This document shows positions 36,907-46,781 of a stretch of 64,000 bases of DNA, one piece after another. Location: assembly GCA_030065755.1 (NCBI GenBank), contig JASJDA010000001.1, forward strand, positions 24,822 through 88,821, read 5' to 3'. The notes beneath the pieces are model-generated. The model saw only the letters and a program-made list of their open reading frames with translations, was not told the origin of the DNA and did no database searches. The stretch's first letter is position 1. Every line of letters starts with the position of its first letter. The stretch comes from Prochloraceae cyanobacterium. GTDB taxonomy: Bacteria; Cyanobacteriota; Cyanobacteriia; Cyanobacteriales; JASJDA01. Made by a program: the position numbers and the translations under genes.

Positions 36907-37731
36907 TTAGTTTTGCCCATAATCTCCCCGATCTGACGGTGGGTAACTATATTCATTTCCGAGTTTACGCTTGAGTTGGCCGAGGATCTCCTCCCTAGTT
37001 TTGTCGTTATCAATAATTTCACAGTGTTTATCCCAAAGAAGATCGAAGTATCGGACGAATAGTTCCACAATGTCTGGATTTGATATGGCTATATCGTGAT
37101 ATATTTTAGTCGGGTCGTACATATTTAAGGCTCCAATAATCACCTCTTCATCGTCAATAACGTAAAAGCTGATTTTGGGAATATCGTCTGTACTATTCAA
37201 AAGACCAACAAAGTATTTTTTAGAGTAATTCAACTCTTCTTCGATTCGCTTCAAACGACTTACATTGTTTATTATTGCAATATGTTTATAATTAATTTCA
37301 TTTTTTTTGAGGAGCTCTTTTTTCGCTTTGGCGAAATTTTGACGATATTCTGGGAGATTCTTTAGTTCCCTGTAGATGCTCGGTCCCATTGTAACGTCGA
37401 GAATCTTGAGCTTTGCCTTATATATTCTTGTTGTCAGATATTCGTAACTTTCTTTGGAGCTATTGAACCTCAAAATTTGGTTAGTTGATGTTGAGTCAAG
37501 CAGACCTCTTATCTTTAGATGGTATTCTTCGAGCTTATTTTCCAAAAGTTTCTCGATGCCAGAGCTGTACTCTTTCCACTGAAGAGCTTCCCATAAGACA
37601 AAGCTACCGATTAGTCCCGCAACAATTCCCTTGAAGACTTTATCGGAAATCAGTTCAAGTGGGTACAGGAGCGCTATCGCAAGTGCAAGTACCAAAGTTA
37701 CGAACAACGATAGAAATCGTACCAATTTCAT
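36907..37731 (-). CDS. Membrane-anchored hypothetical protein with a degenerate PLD-like C-terminal motif
   Basis: Two N-terminal hydrophobic helices are followed by a soluble domain ending YVIDDEEVIIGALN...DIAISNPDIVELFVRYFDLLW. This keeps the D-x6-G-[SA]-x-N half of an HKD motif but has no His or Lys at the HxK positions. Confidence 0.55.
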   Translation of the reverse strand: MKLVRFLSLFVTLVLALAIALLYPLELISDKVFKGIVAGLIGSFVLWEALQWKEYSSGIEKLLENKLEEYHLKIRGLLDSTSTNQILRFNSSKESYEYLTTRIYKAKLKILDVTMGPSIYRELKNLPEYRQNFAKAKKELLKKNEINYKHIAIINNVSRLKRIEEELNYSKKYFVGLLNSTDDIPKISFYVIDDEEVIIGALNMYDPTKIYHDIAISNPDIVELFVRYFDLLWDKHCEIIDNDKTREEILGQLKRKLGNEYSYPPSDRGDYGQN

Positions 37732-37902
37732 GTCTAATTTTCAAGTTTCCAGAGACATTATATTTTTTTATACTACCTCTTCCAAGACGATCGTCTGTTA
37801 CTGATGAGAAAGAATGTGTTATTACCCATAGGAAAGATCTGTATCGTTGCTTCTTCCTGTTTTAGATCGAGAGAGAGAGGCTATTTTTGTTTTTGCATCT
37901 GT

Positions 37903-37959
37903 TTATCCTCGACGATAAGCTTTTGGCGTCATTCCTGTCTGTTGGCGAAAATGATTAGT
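37903..37959 (-). pseudogene. C-terminal tail fragment of an AraC-family regulator
   Basis: The minus strand reads TNHFRQQTGMTPKAYRRG-stop, matching the extreme C-terminus of AraC/XylS HTH domains (..F...G.TP..YR). Nothing upstream is retained, and it abuts the palindrome at 37960. Confidence 0.45.
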
Positions 37960-37996
37960 GGCTCATCCGATTTGGCATAGCCAAATCGGATGAGCC
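37960..37996. terminator. Perfect 17-bp-stem hairpin (GGCTCATCCGATTTGGC ata GCCAAATCGGATGAGCC)
   Basis: Direct reading. It starts 1 nt after the GNAT gene's stop codon (37997-37999, minus strand). No U-tract follows on the minus strand, but a T-rich run follows on the plus strand. Confidence 0.55.
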
Positions 37997-38500
37997 TTAT
38001 AATTTTTCTAATTTAGTAAATCCAAGCCTTTGAGCTAAATGTTTAGGTAATGCGTTCTCATCACTAATAACAGCACGAACTTCAGAGTATCCAGCCAAAG
38101 TGAGGCGATCGAGGCTAGCTTGAAAAATGACTGAGCTAATATTTCTGTTTTTATAGTTATTAAGTACTACTAGGCAATCTATTAGGGGACACTCACGTTC
38201 TTTCCAGTAACTAATTAAACACGCACCAATAAGTATTTGCTCTTTCCAGTATCCACACGAGCAATTTAGAAGTGGACTGTGTACTTTACCCCCAAAGTAA
38301 GCCTCTATATCTTGTTCGGCAGCAGTGCGATGTTGCTGCTCGTAAGCTGGATGATTTAAAAAACCACTTAAGATTAAATTAACCAAGGCCGATTTATCTT
38401 CTGGTACAATCAAACGCAGTCGTTGAGAAAAATGACGTTGGCGTTTATATCTTTGTTTGTAAGTAATCAAATTTAATTGGTATTCGTAGATTGAATTCAT
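37997..38500 (-). CDS. GNAT-family N-acetyltransferase
   Basis: The C-terminal half (LVVLNNYKNRNISSVIFQASLDRLTLAGYSEVRAVISDENALPKHLAQRLGF) fits GNAT motifs A and B. Confidence 0.65.
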   Translation of the reverse strand: MNSIYEYQLNLITYKQRYKRQRHFSQRLRLIVPEDKSALVNLILSGFLNHPAYEQQHRTAAEQDIEAYFGGKVHSPLLNCSCGYWKEQILIGACLISYWKERECPLIDCLVVLNNYKNRNISSVIFQASLDRLTLAGYSEVRAVISDENALPKHLAQRLGFTKLEKL

Positions 38501-38714
38501 CTAAATTTATATATCGTAACGCTATCATAGCAGTGGATTTGATAAAAATGCAGTAGCTATAGCTCCATATTTTAATAAAGTTCTTCTTTGCATAGTTTTC
38601 CAATCCTGATTCTTGTTATCTAAATATTTATTCCAATCTATGTGCCAACTTTGTCACTTTTGAGCCTATTTATCTTGCTTATTTTTACTAAATTTGGCAA
38701 AATATTGCTAAAGA

Positions 38715-39374
38715 TTAATAACTATTTGTTGGCGAATTATTTAAAGCGATCGAGTTTTGATGACGAGTAATTTGGCCTTGACCTTCCAATCTTGCCAAAG
38801 CGCGAGACATTGTTTCTGGGGTAAAGCGTAATTCAGTAGAGAGTTCCTTTAAAGGTCGATCTAAATTGACTAATTTTTCATTATTAGGCTCAGCTAAGTA
38901 TCGCAGATATTTAAGTAGTCGCCGATCGGCTTTTTTAATATTCCATAACTCCAAACTGACTTTGAATGAGTCAATTTCTCTGATTAGCATCCTCATCAAC
39001 TCTTCTGCTAGATCGGGATTTTGGCGTATAGCTAATAAAAGCAATTGCCGAGGATAAACAATAACTTGCGAAACTACCTCAGCTATAGCAGTACAAGAGT
39101 AGAAATCAGAAAAAATTGCTTCTTCCCCTAGACTTTCACCTGGTTTGACAAACTGTAAAAATGCCATTTTGTCTTCAATGGTGGGACGAGTTAGTTTAAT
39201 TCGCCCAGTTTCAACTATGTAGAAACCTCGTACTAGATCGCCCCACCGGAAAAGTCTTTCTCCAGCAACTAGTTGTCTTTTAAAGATTGCATTCCTCAGC
39301 TCGCATGGAAAGCTCTCAACGGTTAAAAATGTCATTCTTGTTTTTTCTATCCCCCTTAGAATTTTATTGAACAA
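38715..39374 (-). CDS. Crp/Fnr-family transcriptional regulator
   Basis: A cNMP-binding beta-roll (GERLFRWGDLVRGFYIVETGRIKL...GESLGEEAIF) plus a C-terminal HTH (TPETMSRALARLEGQGQI). Confidence 0.85.
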   Translation of the reverse strand: MFNKILRGIEKTRMTFLTVESFPCELRNAIFKRQLVAGERLFRWGDLVRGFYIVETGRIKLTRPTIEDKMAFLQFVKPGESLGEEAIFSDFYSCTAIAEVVSQVIVYPRQLLLLAIRQNPDLAEELMRMLIREIDSFKVSLELWNIKKADRRLLKYLRYLAEPNNEKLVNLDRPLKELSTELRFTPETMSRALARLEGQGQITRHQNSIALNNSPTNSY

Positions 39375-39582
39375 TCATTCCAAAAAATTAAAAAACAATA
39401 GAGTCAATCTAGAAGTTATTTATCGAGGATTAACTCTATCAATATAGTGATTGGCTTAACTGAGACAATTCTGAGAGAAAAATAAGATTTAGATAAGTGG
39501 CACGGTCTAGATATGGACAGCTTTTGATTTAAGCTCTTTATCGAGCGCTTTTTCTATTATATAAGACTAGAACGAGAGACTT

Positions 39583-39624
39583 AGGGAACAGGGAATAGGG
39601 AATAGGGAATAGGGAACAGAGGGA
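39583..39624. repeat. STRR heptamer array (AGGGAAT/AGGGAAC)
   Basis: Direct reading. The same unit occurs in reverse complement at 57064-57098. Confidence 0.85.
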
Positions 39625-39664
39625 TTTGAGCTTTTTTTATTAATAAAAACTATTTCTTATCTCT

Positions 39665-39787
39665 CTAGTTACTTTTGAGAAATGGTATAACCGCACTGGC
39701 ACCTGCATTTGCCATTGCTTGAGCTGTAGCAAGACCAATCCGAGTGTTGCCTGTAACAATTGCAACTTTTCCGGCAAGCATTTTCAT
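39665..39787 (-). pseudogene. N-terminal fragment of a short-chain dehydrogenase/reductase
   Basis: The minus strand reads MKMLAGKVAIVTGNTRIGLATAQAMANAGA..., the SDR Rossmann TGxxxGIG region in degenerate form, then a stop after 40 aa. Confidence 0.5.
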
Positions 39788-40035
39788 TGCTTTATTTTTT
39801 CCGTTTTATTTTTGTGAAAAATTTCTCATGTTTGCAACTTATCGAAGATCGGTTTTGTATGTATCGAATATAAAACAGATAAACTTTGTAAATCTAACTG
39901 ATTTTTGCCAAGCTTGTCACAATATTGCTGAACGCTAATAATTTAACAATTGAGCGCTCCCTATGCCTGCAAGATTATAAGGCGTTAAGTTTATCTTTTT
40001 TTTTCTTATCCCCGAACCTAATACCTATAATCGAT

Positions 40036-40464
40036 CTAAGCATCAGCTATTTTTCTGTCACAGTAGAGACGATCGCAATACAACAGCCAAGCAAGACCGC
40101 ATAAACCCGTCAAAGAACCTGTAACCGCAGCAGAGACACCCCAACCAACAGGGCCAAATCGATTGGTAATCTCTGTTATTATGGCGCTACTACTTTTAAG
40201 AACGAGGTATGTGGTTCCTCCCGCAGCGATCGTAATTAAACCGAACTGTCCCAGTATTTCGTGGAGTTCCTTGTCCGATAAATCTTCGTCAAAATATCTC
40301 TTCCAGATCTTGGCATACATGAAGATGTCAGAAGCAGTCAGAGCAATTTGTTTGGGTAGTTCTGTACCTGGGAGGGGTAGAGCTGAAACAGCACCACCAC
40401 TAACAGCATAACGGCTAATTTCAAATAAGGCATCGAATCTTTTCTTGCCCAGATTACTAACCAT
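40036..40464 (-). CDS. Hypothetical protein with a hydrophobic C-terminal half
   Basis: 142-aa ORF with no motif I can assign. Confidence 0.45.
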   Translation of the reverse strand: MVSNLGKKRFDALFEISRYAVSGGAVSALPLPGTELPKQIALTASDIFMYAKIWKRYFDEDLSDKELHEILGQFGLITIAAGGTTYLVLKSSSAIITEITNRFGPVGWGVSAAVTGSLTGLCGLAWLLYCDRLYCDRKIADA

Positions 40465-40645
40465 AAATCTCCTGTAATCACTTCAGCAGGTTATTGACTT
40501 TTGCTCTCATGTTACCTAATTTTAATCGCAGTCAAATCGATTTTACCTACTAGTAACTTTTACAGGGAAATCAATCCCAATTCAGCCGATCGAGATACTA
40601 TCTTATAATCATTTAAAAACCTTCAACTTTTTTCTATTTTCTTCT

Positions 40646-41992
40646 CTACCCACTAATCAGTTGCAAGGTAGGAACGAAATTGGGATAGGAGATAGCAGCA
40701 GCTTCAGCACCAATAATGGTAGTAGTATTTTTAGCATTGAGGGCAGCGATCGCTAAACTCATAGCTATTCTATGATCGGTATAACTATCTACTTCCGCAC
40801 CAGTTAGTTGAGTCCCGCCAGTTATTTCTAAACCATCGGTTAATTCCGTAATTTTAGCTCCCATGCGGTTTAACCCCGAAGCAATAGCAGCGAGACGATC
40901 GCTTTCTTTAACTCTTAATTCGGCTGCATCTTTAATTGTGGTCGTACCTTCTGCAAATGTTGCGGCTACTGCTAAAATAGGAACTTCGTCTATTAAACGG
41001 GGAATTATATCGCCTTCAATAGTGCATCCTTTTAGTTTCCCGTGACGCACTCTCAACTCTGCTACTGGTTCCCCCGCAACTATCCTTTGATTTTCTAATT
41101 CTATATTTGCTCCCATCATTTCCAATGCTTCTAGAATGCCAGTGCGAGTAGGGTTAACGCCAACATTTTTTATAAGTAATTCCGAACCAGGGACAATCGC
41201 ACCAGCAACTAACCAGAAAGCAGCAGAACTAATATCCCCAGGTACTATTACTTTTTGTCCTTGTAGGGTTGGTTGTCCTGCGATCGTAACACTATTAGTT
41301 TCGGGGTCGATTTCTAATTTTGCCCCGAATGCTTGTAACATTCTCTCAGAATGATCGCGAGATAGTGCGGGTTCGGTGACAGTAGTTTTTCCTTCCACCA
41401 TCAAACCAGCTAATAAAATGCAGGATTTGACTTGAGCCGAAGCAATGGGAGAATGGTAGTGTATGGGTTTGAGTTGCTGTCCTCTTATAGCTAGAGGTGC
41501 GATCGAATTATTTTTACGTCCCCAGATAGTTGCACCCATTTGTTGCAATGGTTTAATTACTCTCGACATAGGACGCGATCGCAAAGAATTATCCCCCGTC
41601 ACGGTAAAAAATCTTTCCCGATGGCTTGCGAGTAACCCTAACATTAAACGCATAGTCGTACCGGAGTTACCCGCATCCAACACGTCTTCTGGTTCGAGTA
41701 AGTTTCCTAGTCCTACACCTTTTACTACTACCTTTTCTGTATTTAATTCCGAAATTTCTGCACCCATAGCGCGGAAACAACTAGCAGTACTGCGGGGGTC
41801 TTCTCCTAGTAAGAGTCCTTCTACGATCGTTTCTCCTTCGGCGATCGCTCCTAACATCAAAGCGCGGTGAGAGATCGATTTATCACCAGGTATATTAATA
41901 GTTCCTTGTAAAGATAGTCCAGAAGTTGGAGGTGTAATAATTAAATTCTGTCGATCGAGAGTGTTTTTGAGGGTGACAACTACAGATGACAT
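40646..41992 (-). CDS. aroA: 3-phosphoshikimate 1-carboxyvinyltransferase (EPSP synthase)
   Basis: [33 protein letters not shown] and RVKESDRL motifs across the full length (448 aa). Confidence 0.95.
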   Translation of the reverse strand: MSSVVVTLKNTLDRQNLIITPPTSGLSLQGTINIPGDKSISHRALMLGAIAEGETIVEGLLLGEDPRSTASCFRAMGAEISELNTEKVVVKGVGLGNLLEPEDVLDAGNSGTTMRLMLGLLASHRERFFTVTGDNSLRSRPMSRVIKPLQQMGATIWGRKNNSIAPLAIRGQQLKPIHYHSPIASAQVKSCILLAGLMVEGKTTVTEPALSRDHSERMLQAFGAKLEIDPETNSVTIAGQPTLQGQKVIVPGDISSAAFWLVAGAIVPGSELLIKNVGVNPTRTGILEALEMMGANIELENQRIVAGEPVAELRVRHGKLKGCTIEGDIIPRLIDEVPILAVAATFAEGTTTIKDAAELRVKESDRLAAIASGLNRMGAKITELTDGLEITGGTQLTGAEVDSYTDHRIAMSLAIAALNAKNTTTIIGAEAAAISYPNFVPTLQLISG

Positions 41993-42252
41993 TAGTTACT
42001 GATAAGTTAGGGGGATTGATATCTTGCCGATTTTATCAGATGATATGCTGATTTGATACTCTAAAACTAAACTATCGTTATAGTTTCAGATTCTTAGAAT
42101 CGAGTCTCTAACGGTTGTACCAAGCACCCACTAATACGTCCAACACAATATACACAATTCCCCTACAACGAAATTAAAAATTATGGTTGCAGTCCCCTTG
42201 TGTTTTAAGATGGAATGGTTCGAGCAGTATTTTCTTTATACGATCGAGATTA

Positions 42253-42600
42253 ATGTCTATATCCCCAGAAATTACACCTATTGTAGAACAACTCTTTGTA
42301 GAACTTAACCAGACTGAGGAAGAAGTAACCAAGGGAGTCAACTTAGCTCAACAATTATTATCTAATTTTTCAGATAATGCTATACTAGCCCAGTGTTTTG
42401 CTTATTTTAATACCATTTTATTTTTCTTAAAAATCTCTCGAATTCATATAGAGGCTACTGTTAAGGCTTTTTCTGTTAGTGAAGTCTCTCTCGAATCAAT
42501 TGAACAGCTACAGGGAGAATTACAAAATTTACTAAAGCAGGTATTGGAAGTTAAAACTAACGTCAATAATACAACCACTCGTTTGGGAAATTGGTCATGA
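42253..42600 (+). CDS. Hypothetical protein
   Basis: ORF starting at ATG 42253. It is translationally coupled to the next ORF through an ATGA overlap at 42597-42600. Confidence 0.45.
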   Translation: MSISPEITPIVEQLFVELNQTEEEVTKGVNLAQQLLSNFSDNAILAQCFAYFNTILFFLKISRIHIEATVKAFSVSEVSLESIEQLQGELQNLLKQVLEVKTNVNNTTTRLGNWS

Positions 42601-42788
42601 CAAAATTTCAATTAAATCGACAACAAATAGCCGAACTAGAAGAAGTTTTAAAATTAACAAAAATGACCGAACAAAAAGCTAGAGAAATGTCCGAACTTTC
42701 AACAGTTATTGCTTGGAAATATCAAAAAAAGATACAGCTTACAGAAGAGAAAAAAGAGGAAATAAATAACAACTCTAATAGTCTATAA
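42597..42788 (+). CDS. Hypothetical small coiled-coil-like protein
   Basis: 63-aa charged, helical-looking ORF overlapping the previous stop. Confidence 0.4.
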   Translation: MTKFQLNRQQIAELEEVLKLTKMTEQKAREMSELSTVIAWKYQKKIQLTEEKKEEINNNSNSL

Positions 42789-42798
42789 AAGCGAGATT

Positions 42799-43830
42799 TT
42801 ACTTGTCAAAATATGCAGGATAAACAAAAGCAAAAGCAGTAGAACTGGGGACGATCGTACCGTCCATTTCTTCAACTATAACAGTTGCTAAATTACTGTC
42901 CCAACGCGCTCTAATTTTCCTGCCATTAAATTCCACTATTTTTTCTCCAACTTGTTTCAATTGTTCGTGAGGAAATTGATAACTCGTTCCAGAAAAACTA
43001 TTAGGAACAATATCATTATTCGCCTCCCATATATAACTAACTATTGCTTTGGGATGCAGATTTAGTTTATCTTTATGGCGAACGGGAAAAATCACGCGAT
43101 CGTCCGTGTAATAAGTTCCATAAGGATAGTCTTGATAATTGCGCGTATAACCCGTATCGGTAGAGAGAATTTTACTGTCGGGATATTGTTCTAACCAAGC
43201 ACCAAGAGTCGTTTTAATAGCTGGTATTCTATTAAGTTCTCTATTAACTTTAGCGCCAACAATCCCCATACTCCAAGGTTGAGAATAGAGAGTCTCGTCA
43301 GCGCGATCGAACATCACCAAACAGCTTTGATATAGTTTTCCTGACACGCCAAAAGTCGTATTGTTGCGATCGAAAGCAACAATCGTATCGCAAAGAGGAC
43401 AGTAAGAAACAGTAACGTTAACATCTCCAATGCGATCGTTAACGATTTCGTGCCAATTCATAATCCCAAAAGGATAAGCCTTTGCTTCCCCATTAACTAC
43501 CACCCCAATCACTAATTCATCTTTAGCAAAAGGTGTAGTTCGAGCATTATCAAATTTAGGATTGTCAATACTAGGAATACCATCTTTTGGCGGTCCGCCG
43601 TTGAGAAGTTCTGTTAGATCGATGCGGCTGTATTTAGCAAGATTAATGTTTTGTTTGCGAATATCTTCTAGTTCTTTGTCTCGATCGTGCAAAACACTTG
43701 TCAAATGAAAATAGCGCAGCTTAAAATTATCCCATCCACCAGCTTTCACTACCATTGTGGTTAAAGAAATTGCTGCTATGGAAATAGTACTGAGGACGAT
43801 TTTAGTTATTTTATTCATCAAATATACCAA
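42799..43830 (-). CDS. DUF3179 domain protein (secreted)
   Basis: DGIPSIDNPKF, AKAYPFGIMNWHEIVND, and TVSYCPLCDT are the DUF3179 signature. Confidence 0.8.
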   Translation of the reverse strand: MVYLMNKITKIVLSTISIAAISLTTMVVKAGGWDNFKLRYFHLTSVLHDRDKELEDIRKQNINLAKYSRIDLTELLNGGPPKDGIPSIDNPKFDNARTTPFAKDELVIGVVVNGEAKAYPFGIMNWHEIVNDRIGDVNVTVSYCPLCDTIVAFDRNNTTFGVSGKLYQSCLVMFDRADETLYSQPWSMGIVGAKVNRELNRIPAIKTTLGAWLEQYPDSKILSTDTGYTRNYQDYPYGTYYTDDRVIFPVRHKDKLNLHPKAIVSYIWEANNDIVPNSFSGTSYQFPHEQLKQVGEKIVEFNGRKIRARWDSNLATVIVEEMDGTIVPSSTAFAFVYPAYFDK

Positions 43831-44010
43831 TACTTGCTATTTTCAGCTTCTCTTGACTAAGTGAAATATATGTGAGTGGTATATTAGAAGCTCCTGAGAG
43901 GCTATTTAGTAGTTGAAAAATGAGCCGTATATTGATAAAATTAACAGAAATTAATCAAATTTTTACTTTTTATCTTCGGTAAATTTAAGCTTATAAGGAC
44001 ACCTACTTCC

Positions 44011-45216
44011 ATGACTGTCGCGCCCCTAAGCTGGCAAGAACTAGAAGCCCTCACAGACTTTCAAATAGATACTATCAATGGCCCCACCAACGCTCAAGCC
44101 CAATTGCGCCTATTTGGGCATACTGAAGCAGACGTAAGGGTTACTCTATACCGCGACAACCACGCCTGGTGTCCCTATTGCCAGAAAATTTGGCTGTGGC
44201 TGGAGGAAAAACAAATCCCTTACCGCATCAAAAAGGTAACGATGTTCTGCTATGGAAAGAAAGAAAGCTGGTACAAGCGGTTAGTACCATCAGGTATGTT
44301 GCCGGCGATCGAGTTAGATGGCAGTCTTATTACCGAAAGCGACTATATTTTAATAGCCCTAGAAAGGGTTTTTGGCCCTTTAGAATGGGGCATGGAAGAC
44401 CCGCGAGTTATTCCTTTACGAAACCTGGAACGAATTCTATTTAGAGCTTGGTGTTCCTGGCTTTGCTATCGAACTAGATCTTCTAGAGAAGAACAATACA
44501 ACCGAGACCAATTCATAAAAGTAGTGGCTGCGATCGAAGATGTTTTAAGTCGCACTAGTGGACCGTACTTTCTAGATAAATTCAGCACCGTTGATGTAAT
44601 CTTTACGCCCTATGTGGAACGCATGAACGCCAGCCTTTACTATTACAAAGGCTACTCTTTACGAGAAGAAAACCCTGGTTTTGGTGCCTGGTTTGACGCT
44701 ATGGAAAGCCGACCTACTTACCGAGGCACCCAAAGCGATTTCCACACCCACGTCCACGATCTGCCACCCCAGATGGGAGGCTGCTGGGAAAACGGCGAAC
44801 CTCAAATGTTAGTCAATAAGGCAAGAGTCGATCGTGGTCCTTGGGCTGGACTGCCAGATGTGACTTATCCAGAGCCGGAAAACTCCCGCGCTGAAGCTCT
44901 CCAACGAGTAATCAAACACCGCCAAAATATCATTAAAGTCAACCCAGCCAGTGACAAATTGTTTGATGAAGCTCTCCGCTGTGCCTTGACACGCATGATG
45001 ACAGGTGAAGTCTGCACGCCTCCTCAGGGGTCAGATCCGGCTCTGCGATACTTGCGCGACAGAATTAATGTACCCAGAGATATGTCTATCTACGCAGCCA
45101 AGCGACTGAGGCAATCCTTGGAGGAAACCGCAGCTCTAATAGGCGATCGCCAGGGGCAAGCCATTCCCTTTAATCATCGGCGGGATCAGGATCCGGCTAA
45201 TTTTGCTAGAAATTAG
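44011..45216 (+). CDS. Glutathione S-transferase-like / thioredoxin-fold protein with a CPYC motif
   Basis: [27 protein letters not shown] is a glutaredoxin/GST N-terminal fold, followed by a GST-C-like helical region and a long extension. Confidence 0.7.
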   Translation: MTVAPLSWQELEALTDFQIDTINGPTNAQAQLRLFGHTEADVRVTLYRDNHAWCPYCQKIWLWLEEKQIPYRIKKVTMFCYGKKESWYKRLVPSGMLPAIELDGSLITESDYILIALERVFGPLEWGMEDPRVIPLRNLERILFRAWCSWLCYRTRSSREEQYNRDQFIKVVAAIEDVLSRTSGPYFLDKFSTVDVIFTPYVERMNASLYYYKGYSLREENPGFGAWFDAMESRPTYRGTQSDFHTHVHDLPPQMGGCWENGEPQMLVNKARVDRGPWAGLPDVTYPEPENSRAEALQRVIKHRQNIIKVNPASDKLFDEALRCALTRMMTGEVCTPPQGSDPALRYLRDRINVPRDMSIYAAKRLRQSLEETAALIGDRQGQAIPFNHRRDQDPANFARN

Positions 45217-45448
45217 GATTGAGGGCTCAGCAGAAGAAAGAACATTGGGAGTGTGGGAGGATATAGAGAGGAGAGAGAGTATGGGAGAAATTTAAATGAA
45301 ATGGTCAGAAAGCTGAGCGACAGCAAAGAGGTTCCCTCAGAATAAGAACGCAGTAAAAACATAAAAAGATTAATTACTTAATTAACTCCCCACACTTCCC
45401 TCTCTCACGATCGCCAGAAAGACCCCGTGAAAAGTCATAACGACTATC

Positions 45449-45871
45449 TCAATTATTTTTAGTTAGATTTGTCCATCCCACGATATGATTGCTAATGCTA
45501 AACACTAAAGAATCTGCTAGCCCTAATTTATGAGAAGCTACGGTTAATGTCCCATAATGCTTCATAATAGTTGAAAGCTCTTGAGGACAAGCCAGAAAAT
45601 CCAGATAAAGTACCATAACTCTATCTTCAATCCGGCGATAGATCGCACATTTTTCTGGCAGAATTAATGTTAGATCTCGAAAGCGCTTTATAGCTACTTT
45701 TTCTAATTCAGCACTCATGCTATCGAGGGGAAATTTTTGATGTGTCATAGTATAACTTTGCTCCTTAAGATTTGAAACTACAAAAAGATTCAAAACAAAA
45801 AAACAACCTGAGATAATAATCAATAAGAGTGTTGTTAATATTTTTTCTGGCATGGCTAACTGCACCTCCAT
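45449..45871 (-). CDS. Hypothetical protein with an N-terminal TM anchor
   Basis: ORF only. The hydrophobic segment is ILTTLLLIIISGCFFVLNLFVV. Confidence 0.4.
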   Translation of the reverse strand: MEVQLAMPEKILTTLLLIIISGCFFVLNLFVVSNLKEQSYTMTHQKFPLDSMSAELEKVAIKRFRDLTLILPEKCAIYRRIEDRVMVLYLDFLACPQELSTIMKHYGTLTVASHKLGLADSLVFSISNHIVGWTNLTKNN

Positions 45872-46398
45872 TACGAGCTATTTTTTCATCAGCTTGTTCG
45901 TATTTTTAAACTTTCTATTTAGCTAAATTATTTATTAAATTGATAATTATTTGGGCTTAGAGAAGCCCAAATTCATTGCCAAATCTTTAAAATAATTTAA
46001 GTGCTTTCTTAAATTAGCTATTGATTTTTTAAATTGAGGATAGTAGGTAATAGCATTAAATTAATGCTATTAATAAGTTAAAAAACTCTAAATTAACTAA
46101 CAACTTAAACCCTGTTCTCCTTTCTTTCGAGCGAAGCGAGTTAAAATTAGATTCCAGCTAAATCTACTATTTTTTAGCTTTTTACTTTAATTATAATAAA
46201 AAATTAATCTCAAAAATTAATAAGTTTTATTGATACTTTTGCAAGAGGTCTTTTCTTTAGCCTCTTGACAAAATTTTCAAAACCTTAACTTCTTACTGAC
46301 GCGATACTATAGAAGTAAGGCTTTGTCTGAAAAAGCCTGCAGCCATATCAGTTTCTCAAGCGCAAAGGCAGACTTCATTGGAAAGTAATTCCTAGGTA

Positions 46399-46550
46399 AC
46401 AAATTTCTCCTAGGATGGCATTCAGGAACTAGACCGAGAATCTAAACATATTAAATCGGTTGTCGCTCGAATAAATGCAACTAGCTGTTTAAGCCTATTC
46501 AAGTAACAAAAAATCATTCTCTAATTCCTGAATGCCATCCTAGAATTTGT
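46399..46550. repeat. Long-range inverted repeat (19-bp perfect core, extendable to about 28 bp with a 2-nt bulge) enclosing 96 nt
   Basis: CTAGGATGGCATTCAGGAA at 46410-46428 versus TTCCTGAATGCCATCCTAG at 46525-46543. The flanking ACAAATT / AATTTGT sequences extend the pairing. Confidence 0.8.
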
Positions 46551-46646
46551 CAACCACGATCGAGAGACTGGGAAAGCCACTGACCGGACTCTGGGCTGCT
46601 ACTCGTAACTGCCAGTAACGTTGTCGGGCACTCAAGCCTATTAGCC

Positions 46647-46754
46647 ATGAAAGCATCCTACTTTGCTTTGCTATTTGGCATCCTCATTATTTCGATCGGT
46701 ATCTGCGGATTAATCTCAGGGCTGCTTTCACTGCTGAAGGGGCAGCTTGGTTAG
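46647..46754 (+). CDS. Possible 35-aa hydrophobic micro-protein
   Basis: MKASYFALLFGILIISIGICGLISGLLSLLKGQLG is one predicted TM helix. It falls below the ORF-track cut-off and has no clear RBS. Confidence 0.3.
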   Translation: MKASYFALLFGILIISIGICGLISGLLSLLKGQLG

Positions 46755-46781
46755 TAAAGTAATTACCTCAGGAGGAGCAAT

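Noticed and set aside
39744-39938. 64-aa plus-strand ORF
   Set aside because: It overlaps the better-supported minus-strand SDR N-terminal fragment and otherwise runs through AT-rich non-coding DNA.
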